A stretch of 64,000 nt of DNA from Convolutriloba macropyga (GCF_964194025.1 NC_134480.1:8618001-8682000), one strand, 5' to 3'. Counted from the stretch's first letter, positions 1-15,000 are shown. Notes: generated by a model not told the origin, from the letters alone. Translations and numbers: made by a program.

Positions 1-1742
1 TAAACACCATGGGAGACTTCAACATGAAAAATGCTTATGAGTAGCTTGGAGAAAAGCGTTAGCATTTCAGTGGTATCGTTAGGGAAGGAGTAAGTAGAAA
101 TTTAACATTTTTTAGCAAAACACCTTTGATTATTAAGCCCCCTTAACGATAATTAGAATTATAGGACGGTGAGGTCAAAGTTTTTTGCACCCATAAAGAA
201 CAATTGGTCTAGACTAAAGACCATGAATTAAATTGCCTCGCCTGTCGTTCAAGAGCATTTCTTCCGACATTTGTCGGTTTATGTTCAATTTTTTGAACTC
301 CTCTTAGCGGGGAGGACAGGGGTGCTTTCTTTATGCTGATTTTTTTGTTATAGTTAATTTGGCGCATAGATAAGTTTTTCAGCGAGAAAATTAAAATTGT
401 TAAAACTACATGCGTTTTTAAAAAAAAAGTGTAAAGGAAAGTTTTCCACTAAAAAGTATCTTTTCAAAAATATTTTGAAGAGAATCATTAGGGCATAGAT
501 TCTTAAATGCTTCCACTAAACTTTAACAAAGTGATATACAACAAAAATTAAAATAGGAACATCAGATTATTTTTCTGAAAACTTCATTTTCTTCTCGATG
601 AAATGATGATCTCTTGAGGCAATTGATTAGGGCTTAACAAATCCAAAAGGACATCAAACAACTGAAACAAATCTGAGGAAATTGAGGGAAATAAACAAGA
701 ACTTGGTAGGCCTCCCTTAAGTTTTTCACAAGAGAGTGTTTTTCAACTAAGTTTTCACAGAAAATAATCTATTTGAAATTCTATGAGAAAAAAAACTAGC
801 GGAAAGGTTACTGAAAGGGCCCAAAACAATAAAAGAATATTTCCATGTGACAGAAAAAAGTAGTAGTTCAAACAAAACTGCTTTTCAAACCTACACCTTC
901 ACCTACTTCAAGGAGTTCACAAAGTCGCTAAATCGAAACCCTTGAGGAATATAAAACCGACTATATATGCAAACTGTTATAAACAGATAACCTTTCAAGG
1001 ATACATGAGATAAAGCCATTCCGTGTTGAAGTTTTCCACCGCTATTGACCTTAATTTTTACATTATTTCGACAAAATCTCGTACCGGTTGTCCAATCGCA
1101 AGTTTGATTTAGCTTGATTTCTTACTTACTTCGATCGTTTGATGACTTCTCATTCATTTTGATTTGTAAAATTTGCGTGTTTTGCATGTTTTACCCACTT
1201 GTGCAACCTAGCATATCATAGAAATCTGGAAATCTCTTGTGAATAAGAAGTAAACATTGGTCACCTTTTAACGACAAACACGTTGAAAGCAACCAAGCTT
1301 CTGAAACTGAAACACTGAAAAAGAAACAAAATCAAATTCACAAAATCAAATACATTAAAAAATTTTACAAAATCATTTCTCATGATTCCTATTTTCAATT
1401 TGAGTTTCTAACGAAGAAAAAAGTTGACAAAAAAAACAAGGGTTTTCATCAGAAATAACACTTATATAATTGTATACCTTCAAATTACCTACTAAGGTCA
1501 CATTTAAACACGTAATATCAGATTTTATATCTGGTATCTTATATATCAGAAAACGTTGTCCACGCCCAATGTAAACAAACAAGCATCCCACTTGTTTCAT
1601 TTGCTAAAGAGTCTTCCGTATTTCTAGATGAGATTGATCTCCAAAATTTTTTTTTAGTTTTTGGAATGCGTGTACTTTTTTTCAGCTTGGTAGTAGATGG
1701 TGTCCATCCACATAAACACTTATTCAAAAACAATAGAACAAA

Positions 1743-4466
1743 ATTGAAACATGTTTTTATTGTAGTTAAAAATTAATTTAAAAGGAACAGAAGAGGTACA
1801 GTCAAATATCTAACCATTTCAGAGGGCACGCTAAAAAGAAACCAAAAATAGCAGACTTAAATAGTTCGTTGCAGATAATTTTAAATGTCAAGAACGAATA
1901 GAAACAAGTACATGCAATTCCAAGCAGAAAAAAACTCGTCAATTTACCTTAATTATATGAATTATAGACGTTCTCTGACTGCTTGCAACGTTCAACAGAC
2001 CCAACAAAGTTAAGGTTATAAACAGTTCATTCAAAAACACAGCAACAGCTCTGATGGCCGTTTACCTCAAATTTCAAAACAAAGAAGTTTTAATTCAAAA
2101 ACAAGCATTTCTGATGCTTTCATATTAAAGCATTGAAACCGTCGTGACACAGAATAATGAAAGCCCTCAACATATTAACAAGACAATAAAAAGTGTCCAG
2201 AGCAGCTGTAACCATCCTGCAAACAATTTGAATACGCTTACGCGTGTCCGTTTAAGTTGCTTTTGAAGAAACGGTTTATTAAGTGGTTACCAAAACGTAA
2301 CAAAAGCCAAAACTGACAAACTACTAAATCAAACAAGAACAAAGTTGAAAACTTTTGCAACAAGCAACTGTAAGAAAAAAACAATCATAAAATGTTATAA
2401 AAACATTAGCTACAGATGAGAGAAGCAGTTTGTCCTTTCTCAAACAAAAACTGCAATTAGACAAACCTGCGACGACTTTTTTAATTACAACCTCATAAAA
2501 TGGATTCAGGTGAATTGATGGGGGAATCAGTAAATGGTAGTCTAGTTATCTTGAAGTGAAAAAACATTGCAAAGACCACACAAGAGAAGCTGCTACAAAC
2601 TCCTACAGTCGTTTGTCAGAGCGTCAAAAAAGTCAGAACCACAGCTTTTTTGCGCACAGATATTGACATGATGTATAACACTCAAAGTGACTAACAATCA
2701 AAAACCCGTGAACCCTCTTGCAATCGACAGAATTTGAGATACATATAATTTGAGAAACAAAGAAAGCAGAGAGCAGCACATTTTTTTAGAAAAAGAAACA
2801 AGAAAACAGTCAAAAATCCGACATGGAAGAAAAGATGCTAATTACAAGGAACGAAGTTTCCAAGTGCTACTGATCGCTATCCATTAAGATAGAACAACAA
2901 TTGAAGAGAAAGACACCGACAACTTTGTCAAATACGACAAGTATAATTCAGATTCATACATTGAGGTTCCTCTGAGACATTTTGAGTACAATCAAAAACA
3001 GAGACGCAGCCATCCGAAAACCAATTTCATACAAAATTGCCAGAAACCTTTAGAGCTGAACGAAGAGTCAAACAAAGAACGCCTTTAATCAAAAAGATAA
3101 TAGCATTGAAACATGTTTTTATTGTAGTTAAAAATTAATTTAAAAGGAACAGAAGAGGTACAGTCAAATATCTAACCATTTCAGAGGGCACGCTAAAAAG
3201 AAACCAAAAATAGCAGACTTAAATAGTTCGTTGCAGATAATTTTAAATGTCAAGAACGAATAGAAACAAGTACATGCAATTCCAAGAAGAAAAAAACTCG
3301 TCAATTTACCTTAATTATATGAATTATAGACGTTCTCTGACTGCTTGCAACGTTCAACAGACCCAACAAAGTTAAGGTTATAAACAGTTCATTCAAAAAC
3401 ACAGCAACAGCTCTGATGGCCGTTTACCTCAAATTTCAAAACAAAGAAGTTTTAATTCAAAAACAAGCATTTCTGATGCTTTCATATTAAAGCATTGAAA
3501 CCGTCGTGACACAGAATAATGAAAGCCCTCAACATATTAACAAGACAATAAAAAGCGTCCAGAGCAGCTGTAACCATCCTGCAAACAATTTGAATACGCT
3601 TACGCGTGTCCGTTTAAGTTGCTTTTGAAGAAACGGTTTATTAAGTGGTTACCAAAACGTAACAAAAGCCAAAACTGACAAACTACTAAATCAAACAAGA
3701 ACAAAGTTGAAAACTTTTGCAACAAGCAACTGTAAGAAAAAAACAATCATAAAATGTTATAAAAACATTAGCTACAGATGAGAGAAGCAGTTTGTCCTTT
3801 CTCAAACAAAAACTGCAATTAGACAAACCTGCGACGACTTTTTTAATTACAACCTCATAAAATGGATTCAGGTGAATTGATGGGGGAATCAGTAAATGGT
3901 AGTCTAGTTATCTTGAAGTGAAAAAACATTGCAAAGACCACACAAGAGAAGCTGCTACAAACTCCTACAGTCGTTTGTCAGAGCGTCAAAAAAGTCAGAA
4001 CCACAGCTTTTTTGCGCACAGATATTGACATGATGTATAACACTCAAAGTGACTAACAATCAAAAACCCGTGAACCCTCTTGCAATCGACAGAATTTGAG
4101 ATACATATAATTTGAGAAACAAAGAAAGCAGAGAGCAGCACATTTTTTTAGAAAAAGAAACAAGAAAACAGTCAAAAATCCGACATGGAAGAAAAGATGC
4201 TAATTACAAGGAACGAAGTTTCCAAGTGCTACTGATCGCTATCCATTAAGATAGAACAACAATTGAAGAGAAAGACACCGACAACTTTGTCAAATACGAC
4301 AAGTATAATTCAGATTCATACATTGAGGTTCCTCTGAGACATTTTGAGTACAATCAAAAACAGAGACGCAGCCATCCGAAAACCAATTTCATACAAAATT
4401 GCCAGAAACCTTTAGAGCTGAACGAAGAGTCAAACAAAGAACGCCTTTAATCAAAAAGATAATAGC
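1743..4466. repeat. Tandem duplication, 2 x 1362 bp (1743-3104 and 3105-4466)
   Basis: ATTGAAACATGTTTTTATTG starts at 1743 and 3105, and both copies end ...AAAAAGATAATAGC. I saw only two substitutions (caagCagaa/caagAagaa; aaaagTgtcc/aaaagCgtcc). Confidence 0.95.
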
Positions 4467-5499
4467 GAGCATTCCTAAGAATAATAGCGACCATCGTATA
4501 AGAGCGGGGCAAATAAAAAGCAATGGTGATGAGGACTGGACAAAATTCCGAGAAGCAAATGAAGTTAGCTACAAGGAGCAAAACATCGAAAAAATTTTTG
4601 TAAGACGCGATGTTGATACCAAAAAATCAAACGGCAAACCTAGTTCTTATTAACACGCTAAAAACAAACAAACAATACACCAATCGGATATTAGTAGTGA
4701 ATCTGATTGTATTTCAAATCAGAAGTTTAACACTAACATCACAGGCCAACGGAAAACACAAACAAAAAAGCAGCCACGTCCACAACAATCAATAGCACAA
4801 AACTTCCATCCTTTTGACAGGAAACAAATCAACGAAGAATATCTTGCCCCTACTCAGAGGAAATCAACACACTACGACAGTAAGGCCACACAATCATCAG
4901 AAAACGAAATCGACAATCATTAACCAAACGACGACAACATCAGACCACAGAACAACTCAATGTACCAAGAAATGCGACCAAAAAAGACGAAAAGCCGGAA
5001 ACAAAAAGCAAAAGACGCAAGATCCTTGATGTGGTTCTCAACTCAACTTGATGCCTGATTCAGAAAAACAAGGTCACGGCACTGCACATAGTCAGAGATT
5101 TTAATACAAAATCAAGAAAAGCAATGTCCTGAAGGGCACCAATTTTTAACAAACAGATCACATTTTCAACCAAATGGGTTCAGCTACGGAAGAGTCCTTG
5201 ACAACAATCAAAACATCAACAAACGTAACCTACTTAGTCAAAAACAAAAACATTAACGGTTTCAATCAGAAATACAACTTCAACAAAATTACAGGAAGCG
5301 CCTTCAATAAAAAATTTAAAAATCCAAACAGTTTCAAGCTAAACACAAATCCACGACACCAGAGCGCCGGACCTACTTATACTCAAACAGAGACACGAAA
5401 TCATAAAAAACAACAACAAAATTTAAGAAAGAACAACAGCCCAGGACCATAAACTCTTACTTGCAGCAACAACCAAATGATTTCATGGACAAAATCTCA

Positions 5500-8400
5500 A
5501 GTTCAATTTCGCGTAAATCCTGTTCTCCTTCTTCTTTACACAGGAGACGCATCAATAGAAACGTCTGGTCTTTCGAAGAGTTGGAGTGACAACACCCGTA
5601 TTACAAACTCAATAAAAAAAGCACGCGGAATAAGAAACACAGATCACATTGCAGTACCAACTTTTTCAATGTACGGAGATGAAACTAAAACATCAACAGA
5701 AGTCCTTCTAGGAATTGGATATCTCAACAACACCTGACCTCTTTTCAATGTACCGGTGTACGCCATGTCAGCATCTGACGTTCAAAAGTCTACTGTACCA
5801 GTTAAAAGGTTGAATTCCATCTGCACCGACCATGATCATTATAATAAGATCAATTTCCTCAAAAACGAGATAATATATTATGAGTTATAGCTGGTGCGGG
5901 TGCCTTCATAGCAACAGTACCACTCAAATTCACAACCGGAGCTCCAGGAATGCCAAACAGAGTTTGAAACAGCTGGATGGACCGTTGTAGGACCAATACC
6001 GAACAAAAACAAGCCAACCTTCAATAAACAGGAAATCAATTACATCATCACAATGTACATCAAAATAAAACCCCAGAAAACCAGGAAATAGAGAACAAAT
6101 CCTTCACGTGTTTTGGAAAAAAGAGAGAAAATACTTAGTGAACAGAATAAAAATTTTGAGCGCAGGTCATAGGAACCCTCTTGAAACACTAATAAGGACG
6201 ACATGCCACAGTTTTTTTCGTTAGGGGATCTGACTGCAATGAAGAGATGACACTAAGCTACTTAACAACTACTTTCCTGCCAAAGCACAATTACAGCCAC
6301 CTAAAACGCGACTTCAACAGGAACCAGTTCTACTTTTCGTTGCAACCAAACCATTGAAGTGGACATCGAGAACGGATCCTTTGATGAAACAGAGCGTAAA
6401 TCCAATTCGAAGAATCCGCAAATTTGGTATCTCCCACGCCAATCCGTTGAACAACACAAGAAGATCAAAGTTAAGCGAATCACAAATGCAGCTTCAGTAT
6501 ACAAAGGACATTAACTTACCAAATCTCCTATGACCGCACCGGGTATACTATGCAGCCTTGTTTGACTTCTTCTGATATTTCGGCAAAACAAAATTGCCTT
6601 AAACGTTGATATCGAAACGATTTTAACGCAAGATCCATAATACCAGAAGATAGAGACGCACTCAGATTTCTGGGGATTAAACATGGTGAGGAAAAAATTT
6701 TCAAGCACAAGAGGCTATTATCTGGTGCATCATGTTTCCCGTCATTTGCAGTCATACGTAATGCTATTGTGGAATATTTGCAGAAGATAACAAATTACGT
6801 AATCCTGAAGCCTACTCAGCCATTGGAACAAATTTCTACGTGGACGATTACCTTAAAATTTTCAACACAACTGAAAATTCAGAATTCAGAACAACAGAGT
6901 ATAAAAATACGTTTAAAAAAACTGGCTTTAAGATTACAAAACATTTTTGTAACGGCCGAAGTACCGTTGTGAAAATACCTGGAGAATACGCAGACATAGT
7001 GACAGAGCAAAATCTTTTAGGACAAAAGTGGAATGCGAAGAAACATATTTTACTCTTCACAAGACCAGACTTAAATTGATGTCAAGAAAATGCAGCAACG
7101 TCCATCGCTGTCACTGGCCGGATCATTGCTTGATCCCTTTTGAATCATCTCACCAATTTCTTCTGACTACGATGCATTTTCCAATCCATAGTCAAATAAG
7201 GTAACAAATGAAATAATCAGACTCCAAGAGGAATCCAACACAACTTGCTGCAATGGATTGACGAATATGAACGAATGGCAGATGTTTCTGTTAGTAGGTG
7301 CCTGATTCCTAACCCAGATAGCAAGCTTGAACTGCCTGCACACAGTCTGTGACACATCAAATACTGCAATAGCAGCCACAATATACATCAGATCTAGCGG
7401 CGCAGAAAAAATGACATACCAACTTGTGATTAGCACAGCAAGAAATGGACACATTAAAAAATCAACCATCCCGAAATTAGAACTGAACCAGTAGTTATGG
7501 GAGTAGAATTTGCTTTTCTTTGTACGAAGCAAAATGATAGCAAAGTTTGACAAAATTCAACTCTGGAGGGACAGTATGGCCACAATACGTTAAACTAAAT
7601 CGACAAAAAGTCAAAAAGTTTTTGTAGCAAAAAAAAATCGCAAAAGCTTTAGCAAACTCTTAGTCAGAGCAAAAAAATTGTACCAGGTAAGCTCAACCCG
7701 GCAGATCATGAAACAAGTGGACTACTTATAGCAAAATTTGAAACAAGTATGGCTCTCAGCGCCAAAATTTCTCCGAGAAAATTATGTTGAAGATTTCGAA
7801 AGAGATCAGAAATTTACAGCGAGAAACGGTTTACATACAGACTCTGCAAATGCAGTAATTGACAATTATAATTTCTCGTATTTGAATAAGCATATGCAAC
7901 AAGCAGAAACAGTGATGATTGCAGTCAGTATCTTCCGAAAACCACCAGTCACACACAGCTATGAAGAAGCACGACGCCACCTGTTGTGAAAATCACAGCA
8001 CAAAAAAAAGCTTAAGATACCTTGCACAAGGAAAATTGTTAGACAACCGGGACAATTTATTAAATTTCATTCCTTCGGGTATAATGAAGACATAATACAA
8101 GCAAGAGGCAAGTTATAGCACGCTAAAGTACTCTACAGCCAGAAATATCCACTTATTCTTGATAGTAAGAGTAACATTAATAATTATTAATTCAGCAAGC
8201 CCAAAACAACTGCAGACACATTGAGAAAGAATTATTCCGAGCACGCCAATAGCAGGTCTTCGTCATTATTGGACTGAAGCGATTTTCAAAAATACTACTA
8301 AGCAAAACATGCTTTATTTGCCGTCGATAGACAACACAAAATATCATACACCTAAAGGCCGACTTCCCCAGTTTTAGATCCGCGGACGCAGAAAAACAAC

Positions 8401-9150
8401 ATGCTTTTTTAATTGTTGGGCAAGAATTTTTCGGCATCTTTCACTTCGAGCGAAGAAATCACAAATTAGAAAAACAATATGGATCTGTTTTCAACTTTCT
8501 TGTCACTAGAGCGGTTCATCTCGAGCTCTGTTACAGACATTGGACACAGATACTAGCCATCTGAAGACTTGCATCGAAACAAATATACCCGAGCTAACAA
8601 CTTCTGACAATGGATTGAACCTCACATCAGCGAAAAAGCGTTTTCGATATGAGCAAAGTCAATGTTGACAACAACTACCTTAAGTCCCATTACAGCAGCC
8701 AAAATATTAAATCAAAACAGGACCACCTCTAACCATCCACTTCGGTGATATCTGGGAAAAGCTAATTGAATCTGCCAAACTTACGTTGCTAATAATATCT
8801 GGCAGCCAACAATTGAAAGTAGAAAATTTCTTAAAATTGTAGCTGAGACTGAGGGCTTCTCAACACCTGGCCAATCTGTGATGTCTTCTCAGACACAAAC
8901 GACGAAGAAGCTTTTTCTTCTAATTTTTTTTGTTAGGAAGCTCTTACAGCCCTTTAGCACCACTGACATCAACAAACCGAACATTTAGTAAAAAAGGAGA
9001 TCTCTTACACACAAACCTTACTGGATCATTTCTGGAGAAGTTCGCAAAAGTAATTTGAAACAATTATCCCCGAAAGTTTGAATTTCAAAAAGCCGTTGTT
9101 TAAAATTCCATAATCATCTGGTCGGGAAGCAGAAAATCTAATGTTCAACT
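5500..9150 (+). mobile_element. Decayed BEL/Pao LTR retrotransposon pol (protease-RT-RNase H-integrase), many stops and frameshifts
   Basis: Pao motifs occur in order across frames: GWTVVGP (~5975), IWYLP...KRITNAASVYKG (~6422-6510), FYVDDY (~6834), LLGQKWN (~7014), TIPKLEL (~7464), GKLNPADH (~7686), VTRAVHLE (~8502), HFGDIWEKLI (~8739). They are collinear with the better-preserved copy at 9969-16498. Boundaries are approximate and no LTRs were identified. Confidence 0.85.
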
Positions 9151-9488
9151 CCACGCGAAGTCAAACAATTGAGCAAATCATTAAGTCATCAATCTCCCTA
9201 AATCCTATAACGTAGTCAGAATCCGGCTTAAACTCTTTCTTTGTCTTCAGCGACACCATCAAGTTCTCGCTTTTTTTCCTATTCGACAGTTTGACATAAG
9301 CTGCAGTCTCAAGAATTCAACCAACATAACTACAACAACAGGATTCCTATCGACGGAGTCTAAAGACTATGTTGCCGACAATATTAAAAAAACTTGAACT
9401 TTCTCAGCCCCGATAAAGCCTAATAACTACTTTCTACATCCTTGTCATTCAACAACAATGCACTGAAAAAATGAAAAAAATCTTTTAA

Positions 9489-9968
9489 NNNNNNNNNNNN
9501 NNNNNNNNNNNNNNNNNNNNNNNNNNNNNNNNNNNNNNNNNNNNNNNNNNNNNNNNNNNNNNNNNNNNNNNNNNNNNNNNNNNNNNNNNNNNNNNNNNNN
9601 NNNNNNNNNNNNNNNNNNNNNNNNNNNNNNNNNNNNNNNNNNNNNNNNNNNNNNNNNNNNNNNNNNNNNNNNNNNNNNNNNNNNNNNNNNNNNNNNNNNN
9701 NNNNNNNNNNNNNNNNNNNNNNNNNNNNNNNNNNNNNNNNNNNNNNNNNNNNNNNNNNNNNNNNNNNNNNNNNNNNNNNNNNNNNNNNNNNNNNNNNNNN
9801 NNNNNNNNNNNNNNNNNNNNNNNNNNNNNNNNNNNNNNNNNNNNNNNNNNNNNNNNNNNNNNNNNNNNNNNNNNNNNNNNNNNNNNNNNNNNNNNNNNNN
9901 NNNNNNNNNNNNNNNNNNNNNNNNNNNNNNNNNNNNNNNNNNNNNNNNNNNNNNNNNNNNNNNNNNNN
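9489..9968. other. Assembly gap (480 N)
   Basis: Run of N. Confidence 1.
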
Positions 9969-12010
9969 TCAAGAAGTGGTTAGGTGTGAGAGGCATCTCG
10001 TTATCGGGAAGATCAGCGACATTTGTGAGAGGTCTTGAATTCAAGATGGCTTCGCTCTCTGCCAGTATTGTTTGGAATACGTCAAGTGAGAGTCGTTTTG
10101 AGCCTAGAATGATCAGCAGCGTTTTTTTCGCTGTCTATATAAAGCGCTCCCAAACACCGCCAAAGTGGGGGCCATAGGGCGGGTTGAATTTCCAAGTCGT
10201 GTTTGTAGCAGCAAGAGCCTTGTAAATTTTGTCGTTGTCAAGGCTTTTTACACTTTTCTTCAGCTCTTCTGACGCTCCGATGAATGTCTTTCCATTATCA
10301 CTGTACAGCAGTTCTGGTTGACATCGTCTACTGGTGAAACGTCGAAATGCATTTAGGAAAGTACCGGTGTTGAGATCTGGGCAGCTTTCAAGGTGGACTG
10401 CTCTCGTGATCAAGCACAAGAAAATCAAACCATAATGTTTTTCAAGATTTCCTTTTGTGTCCTCTATATAAAATGGTCCAAAGAAGTCGACACCACTATT
10501 GGAAAACGGGAATTGTGTTGCGGCTGATGGGAAGCGGTAAGCGGGAAGAGGAGCCATGATCGGTTGTATGTTCTCTGCATTAAATCTTCTGCATAAAAAA
10601 CAGCGAAACTTTATGCTAAGTAGACACTTTCGCAAGCCAAATACGTGGTATCGTTGCTGAACAAACGCTTTGACGGGTTCTGTTCCCTGATGAATGCATA
10701 TGCGATGAGCGTGTTCTAGGTACAAACGTGTGATTGTGTCTTTCGCATGCAGAATAATTGGACACTTTTCTATTTCAAGTGAATCAGGAGCAAATTGAAG
10801 TCTTCCACATGAACGGAGTATACCGTTTTGATCGAGGATTGGGTTCAAAGACCGTAGTTTGCATTTACTGTGGGGCTTGAGGCCCCTTTTTAATGATGAA
10901 ACTGCCGTGTGAAATGAGTTCTCTTGAGAATTTCTGATCAAGTGCTTCCGAGATAGATCAATGTCATCGGTTGTGTACTGTTGTTTGCTGTCACGAAGTT
11001 TCTTTGCTCTGAACAGTAAGTTAAAGACAGTGGCTAAGGTGAGTAGCATTTTCGTCCAAGACGAAAAACGTGCTGGGTCTATGATTGGCTCTGGAACATT
11101 TGAAGCTGTATGTGCTGTGGTTGCTACGACAGCTGGTTTCGAAGGTACAGCCTGGTTACTGATTTGCTCTGATGATGACAGAAACTCTGGAGATTGCAAC
11201 CATTTGAGAGATATTTCACGTGGATCTAGGCCACGAGTGCCATGGTCGGCTGGATTGTTCAATGTGGAAATATGTCTCCATTGTTTTGTTTTGGTTGATG
11301 CTGCAATTTCTCTGAGTCGGTTCGCAATATATACAGGTTGTTTTTTGGAAAATGCAATCCAATCAAGGACTACCTGACTATCAGTCCAGAATTGAGTTTT
11401 GTTAATTGCGAAAGAGGATTCTTTCACGATTGTAGAATGTAGCCTAACTCCAATTACTGCAGCTTCGAGTTCAATTTTGGGTATGCTTGTCTGCTTTATT
11501 GGAGCAACTTTACATTTTCCAATCAGGAAACAAGTTTCTGTTATCTCTGAATGGTTGTGTGTTATTCGCAGGTACGCTACGGCTGCCATTGCAGCTGTTG
11601 AGGCATCAACAAATATGTGTAATTCAGCACTACTCTCAGAGTAACGAAGACTTGTTAGTGTTCTGGTAAGATGTACTTCAGGCATTTCGAAGTATGAATC
11701 TAGTATTTTCTGAAGTCTTCTGCGTATTTGTATGGGTAGTGGTTCATCCCACTTTTTCCCAAGTTTCCAAATTTCTTGGAGAATTATTTTGAAATGGATT
11801 GTCAAAGGTGACAGTATGCCGAGGGGGTCAAATATCGAGCATACAAGGCTAAAGATTTTCCTCTGAGTATACTCAATTGCGTCCGTTGAAAAATCTGTTA
11901 GCGGTTTCATAATGAGGGTGTCACTTTTCAGATTCCACTTCTGCCCAAGGACTCTGACAATTTCACTTTTTTCTTCAATGTCATGTGTTGGTATGTTTTC
12001 ATGTGTTGTA
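9969..12010 (-). pseudogene. BEL/Pao RNase H-integrase reading frame
   Basis: ORF 10135-12102 continues past a TAG at 10135-37 as TAKKTLL...ILNSRPLT...PLTPNHFL into the gap. It is frameshifted relative to RT at ~12001-12013. Confidence 0.9.
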
Positions 12011-15000
12011 ATGAACATCGGGTTCATTAGAAACAAATTTTGTGAGTCGGAAGCCACCTTCCTGGAGACTCTGAATCGTTTGCTGAACTTTTTTAGTGGC
12101 ATTCGTTACCGTATCATGGGACTGGATGTAATCATCCATATAAAAGTGACTTTTGACGGCTCTGACTGCTTCGGGATATTTATCTCCGTTTTTATCAACG
12201 CAATGATTCAAAACATAAATTGCGCAGGATGGGGAGCAGTTAGCGCCAAAAATTAGTCTTGTAAACTGATACTGTTGGATTTCATCGTCGTTTATCCACA
12301 GGAAACAAAGGGCTGACTGGTCAGTTTGGTTGATAGCAATTTGCATGAACATGCCTTCGATGTCCGCGAGGACTGCAATTTGATTTTCACGAAAGCGCAT
12401 AAGGACTCCTAGTAGGCTATTAAGTAGGTCAGGACCTGTTAACAAGTTGCTGTTTAGTGATTGTCCGCGGAACTTAGAGGCAGCGTTTGCGACGCGCCGA
12501 ACCTTGCCGGGCTTGTTAGGATTCTCAACTGGGTGATGTGGGAGATACCAGATTCGATCCGGTGGTGGATCTTGCATCTCAACTGGTTTAACGTAGTTTT
12601 TCTCCAAGTCAGTTTGCAGAGTTTTCATATAATTATCACGAAGTTGAGGATTACGCTCGAGTCGCCTATTCAAGCTTTTGACTTGACTGAGGGCGGAAAA
12701 ATAATTATTTTCCAAATTTGAGTTTTCTTTCCAAGGCAATTTAATTTCAAATCTTTGTCCATTGAAATTAATTGAGTCTTTCATTATCTGGAAAAATTTT
12801 TGATCAAGAGGAGACGAAGGCTTGCTGTCTGGTTGAATTCCTTCGGATTCAATTCTCCAGAACTGTTGAACTAGTTCGTCTAGCTCGGGTTCGACAATTC
12901 GATTTCTTGAAACTTGAAAGACGAAGGCTTTGTTTGGCAGATTGGAGGATTTAGGATGGTTGCTTGTGCAACAATTTTCGTGTTCACCGGCTAGTGTCCA
13001 ACCTAATTTAGTTTTGACACCAAACGGTTGATGTAGATTTCCTTGAATGACATGAGTGGGATAGGTGAATGCAAAGGCGTTAACACCAAGGAGGGCGCCG
13101 ATTTTGCCATCGGCAATATAAGGGAAGTGAATATGGCGTAGGTTGTTAGATGCATCGCAAATTTGATTCAATGGGAAAACATTTGCGGCAGTGACATTTA
13201 AAGATGGTGTGCTGTATGCTCGAGAGAGTTCAAAGGAAATTTTTGATGATTTGTAAGGAGTAATGTTGACTGGCTCATTTATTTTAGAGAGAGTCATGTT
13301 ATTTTCAGTATTAAGGAACTGAAGAGGAACTGATTGTTGAGATTCGCAAGGAAGCTCAAGATATTCTGAAATGGCATCGAGAACAAAACTAAATTGACTA
13401 CCAGGATCAATTAAGGCATATGTATCGAAGGCTTTATTTCCTTTCAGAAAGGAAACGGGGATGAGTTGAAGCTGCTCATACCAGTTTTTTGGTGCATCGG
13501 GACTCTGGTTGATGCTAAAAGACTGATTGGTACTGCTTCCATTTAGGTTTCGTTTTTGAGGGTTGGTTTGGTTTTGAACGTTGAAGGGTTGCCCGTAGCG
13601 GCTGTTTGAATTCTTATTCTGCAGGCCTTTTGTCTGAGAACTATTGATCGTATTTTCAACCGCTGTCTTGTTGTTTGACGAAACAGTAGGCTGAGGTTTT
13701 TGTGCGTTTTCTGTTGAAAAAGCTGCTGTTGGTCGTTTGATTTGTTTTGCTGGGTCATGCAATGTTGTATGATGAAAACCACTGCAAACTTGGCATCGTT
13801 TAGTTGACGGACATGTCTGTTTGTGGTGTTTATTGCTAAGACAATTTGTACACAAACTCTTTTTGCTAACAATGCTGTATCTCTCACTAGGAGGACAAAG
13901 CTGGTATTCAGGGCAAACTGCAAGGCTGTGATTACTTTTGCATTTTTCGCAAGATCTGTTTGCGTTGAAACTCTTCGGAGAAGAATTGGTTGACTGCGGC
14001 TGCAGACTCTGTTGCAATTGATGCTTTTGGTTCCTGTCCTGATTATCACTTAGAGAGTTTAAAGGTTGTGATGTAAAGTTTCTGTTAGCTGTATCAGCGT
14101 TGAAGTTTGAGCTTCCAAACTTTTTCGAATTGGGGAATGTGTTTCTTATTGGGTTTTCCCGGTTAACTTTATCATAAACTTGAGCTTGAAGCTCTAACCA
14201 CTGTTGGAATTCTGCAAGTGATGGGTCTGAGCGGAACTGAGTGAGACAGTGCTCGGTGCACTTGAGGATGAGGTTGTGTGGAGCCTTTTCTTTGGCTTTT
14301 TTCAGTAGCGTTGTTGATTGAAGGTCTGCTATAAAACCAAGGTACTGGAATGCCTGAACAAGTCTTTTCTGAAAGGACGAAAAGGCAATAAAACTTTGCT
14401 TGTTCTAATGATTGACTTGCCAATTTTCTAGTTGGCTGATAAAGGCATTAACCACGATGGTTCGGTCACCGAAGTGATTTATCAGCTCGTTTAACGCTGT
14501 CTGGTAATACGACGGGTCGCAAGAATACGCGTGTATCAAGTCTTTGGCTTTTCCTGACACAGAATTCTGTAGATACGTTATTCGGTGTGTATCTGTGATT
14601 GATGTGTTATGGTGGATCATACTGTAGAAATTGTTAATCCATTCATGGAAGTGCAGAGGATCTCCATTAAAATTTTGTACTTTTAGTGGAGGTAATTTAA
14701 TAGAATGTTTATAATCAAGATTAGTCAATTGTGTAACGGGGTTGAAATTAGCATTTGATGCACTGGCGTGTGAGTTGTTCACAATTAAATTGCTGGGCTC
14801 TTTGTTTGAGTGAAAAATTTGGTCTTATTTTGCGTTGCTTTGTGTCTGTGAGTCAACGAAATTTGGGACATTTGCACCAAAGGGCATTGAAGATGCTGGA
14901 AAGTCAGGGGCAGTTTGATTTTGATAATTTTGCAAATTGTTAGGCAAAACTGTTGGTTGTGAGCGAAGTTGAGCCACAGGTTTTTCGTTCGTTTGTTTCT

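Noticed and set aside
846-1270. 5' LTR and PBS of the + strand BEL relic (TGTGAC...AAACA-T-TGGTCACC)
   Set aside because: No matching second LTR is visible before the gap, so it cannot be supported.
9445-10044. 199-aa ORF
   Set aside because: Artefact of translating through the N gap; only the first 25 aa are real (BEL integrase).
10961-12954. Antisense ORFs over the BEL and gypsy coding regions
   Set aside because: Short shadow ORFs opposite real coding frames, with no independent motifs.
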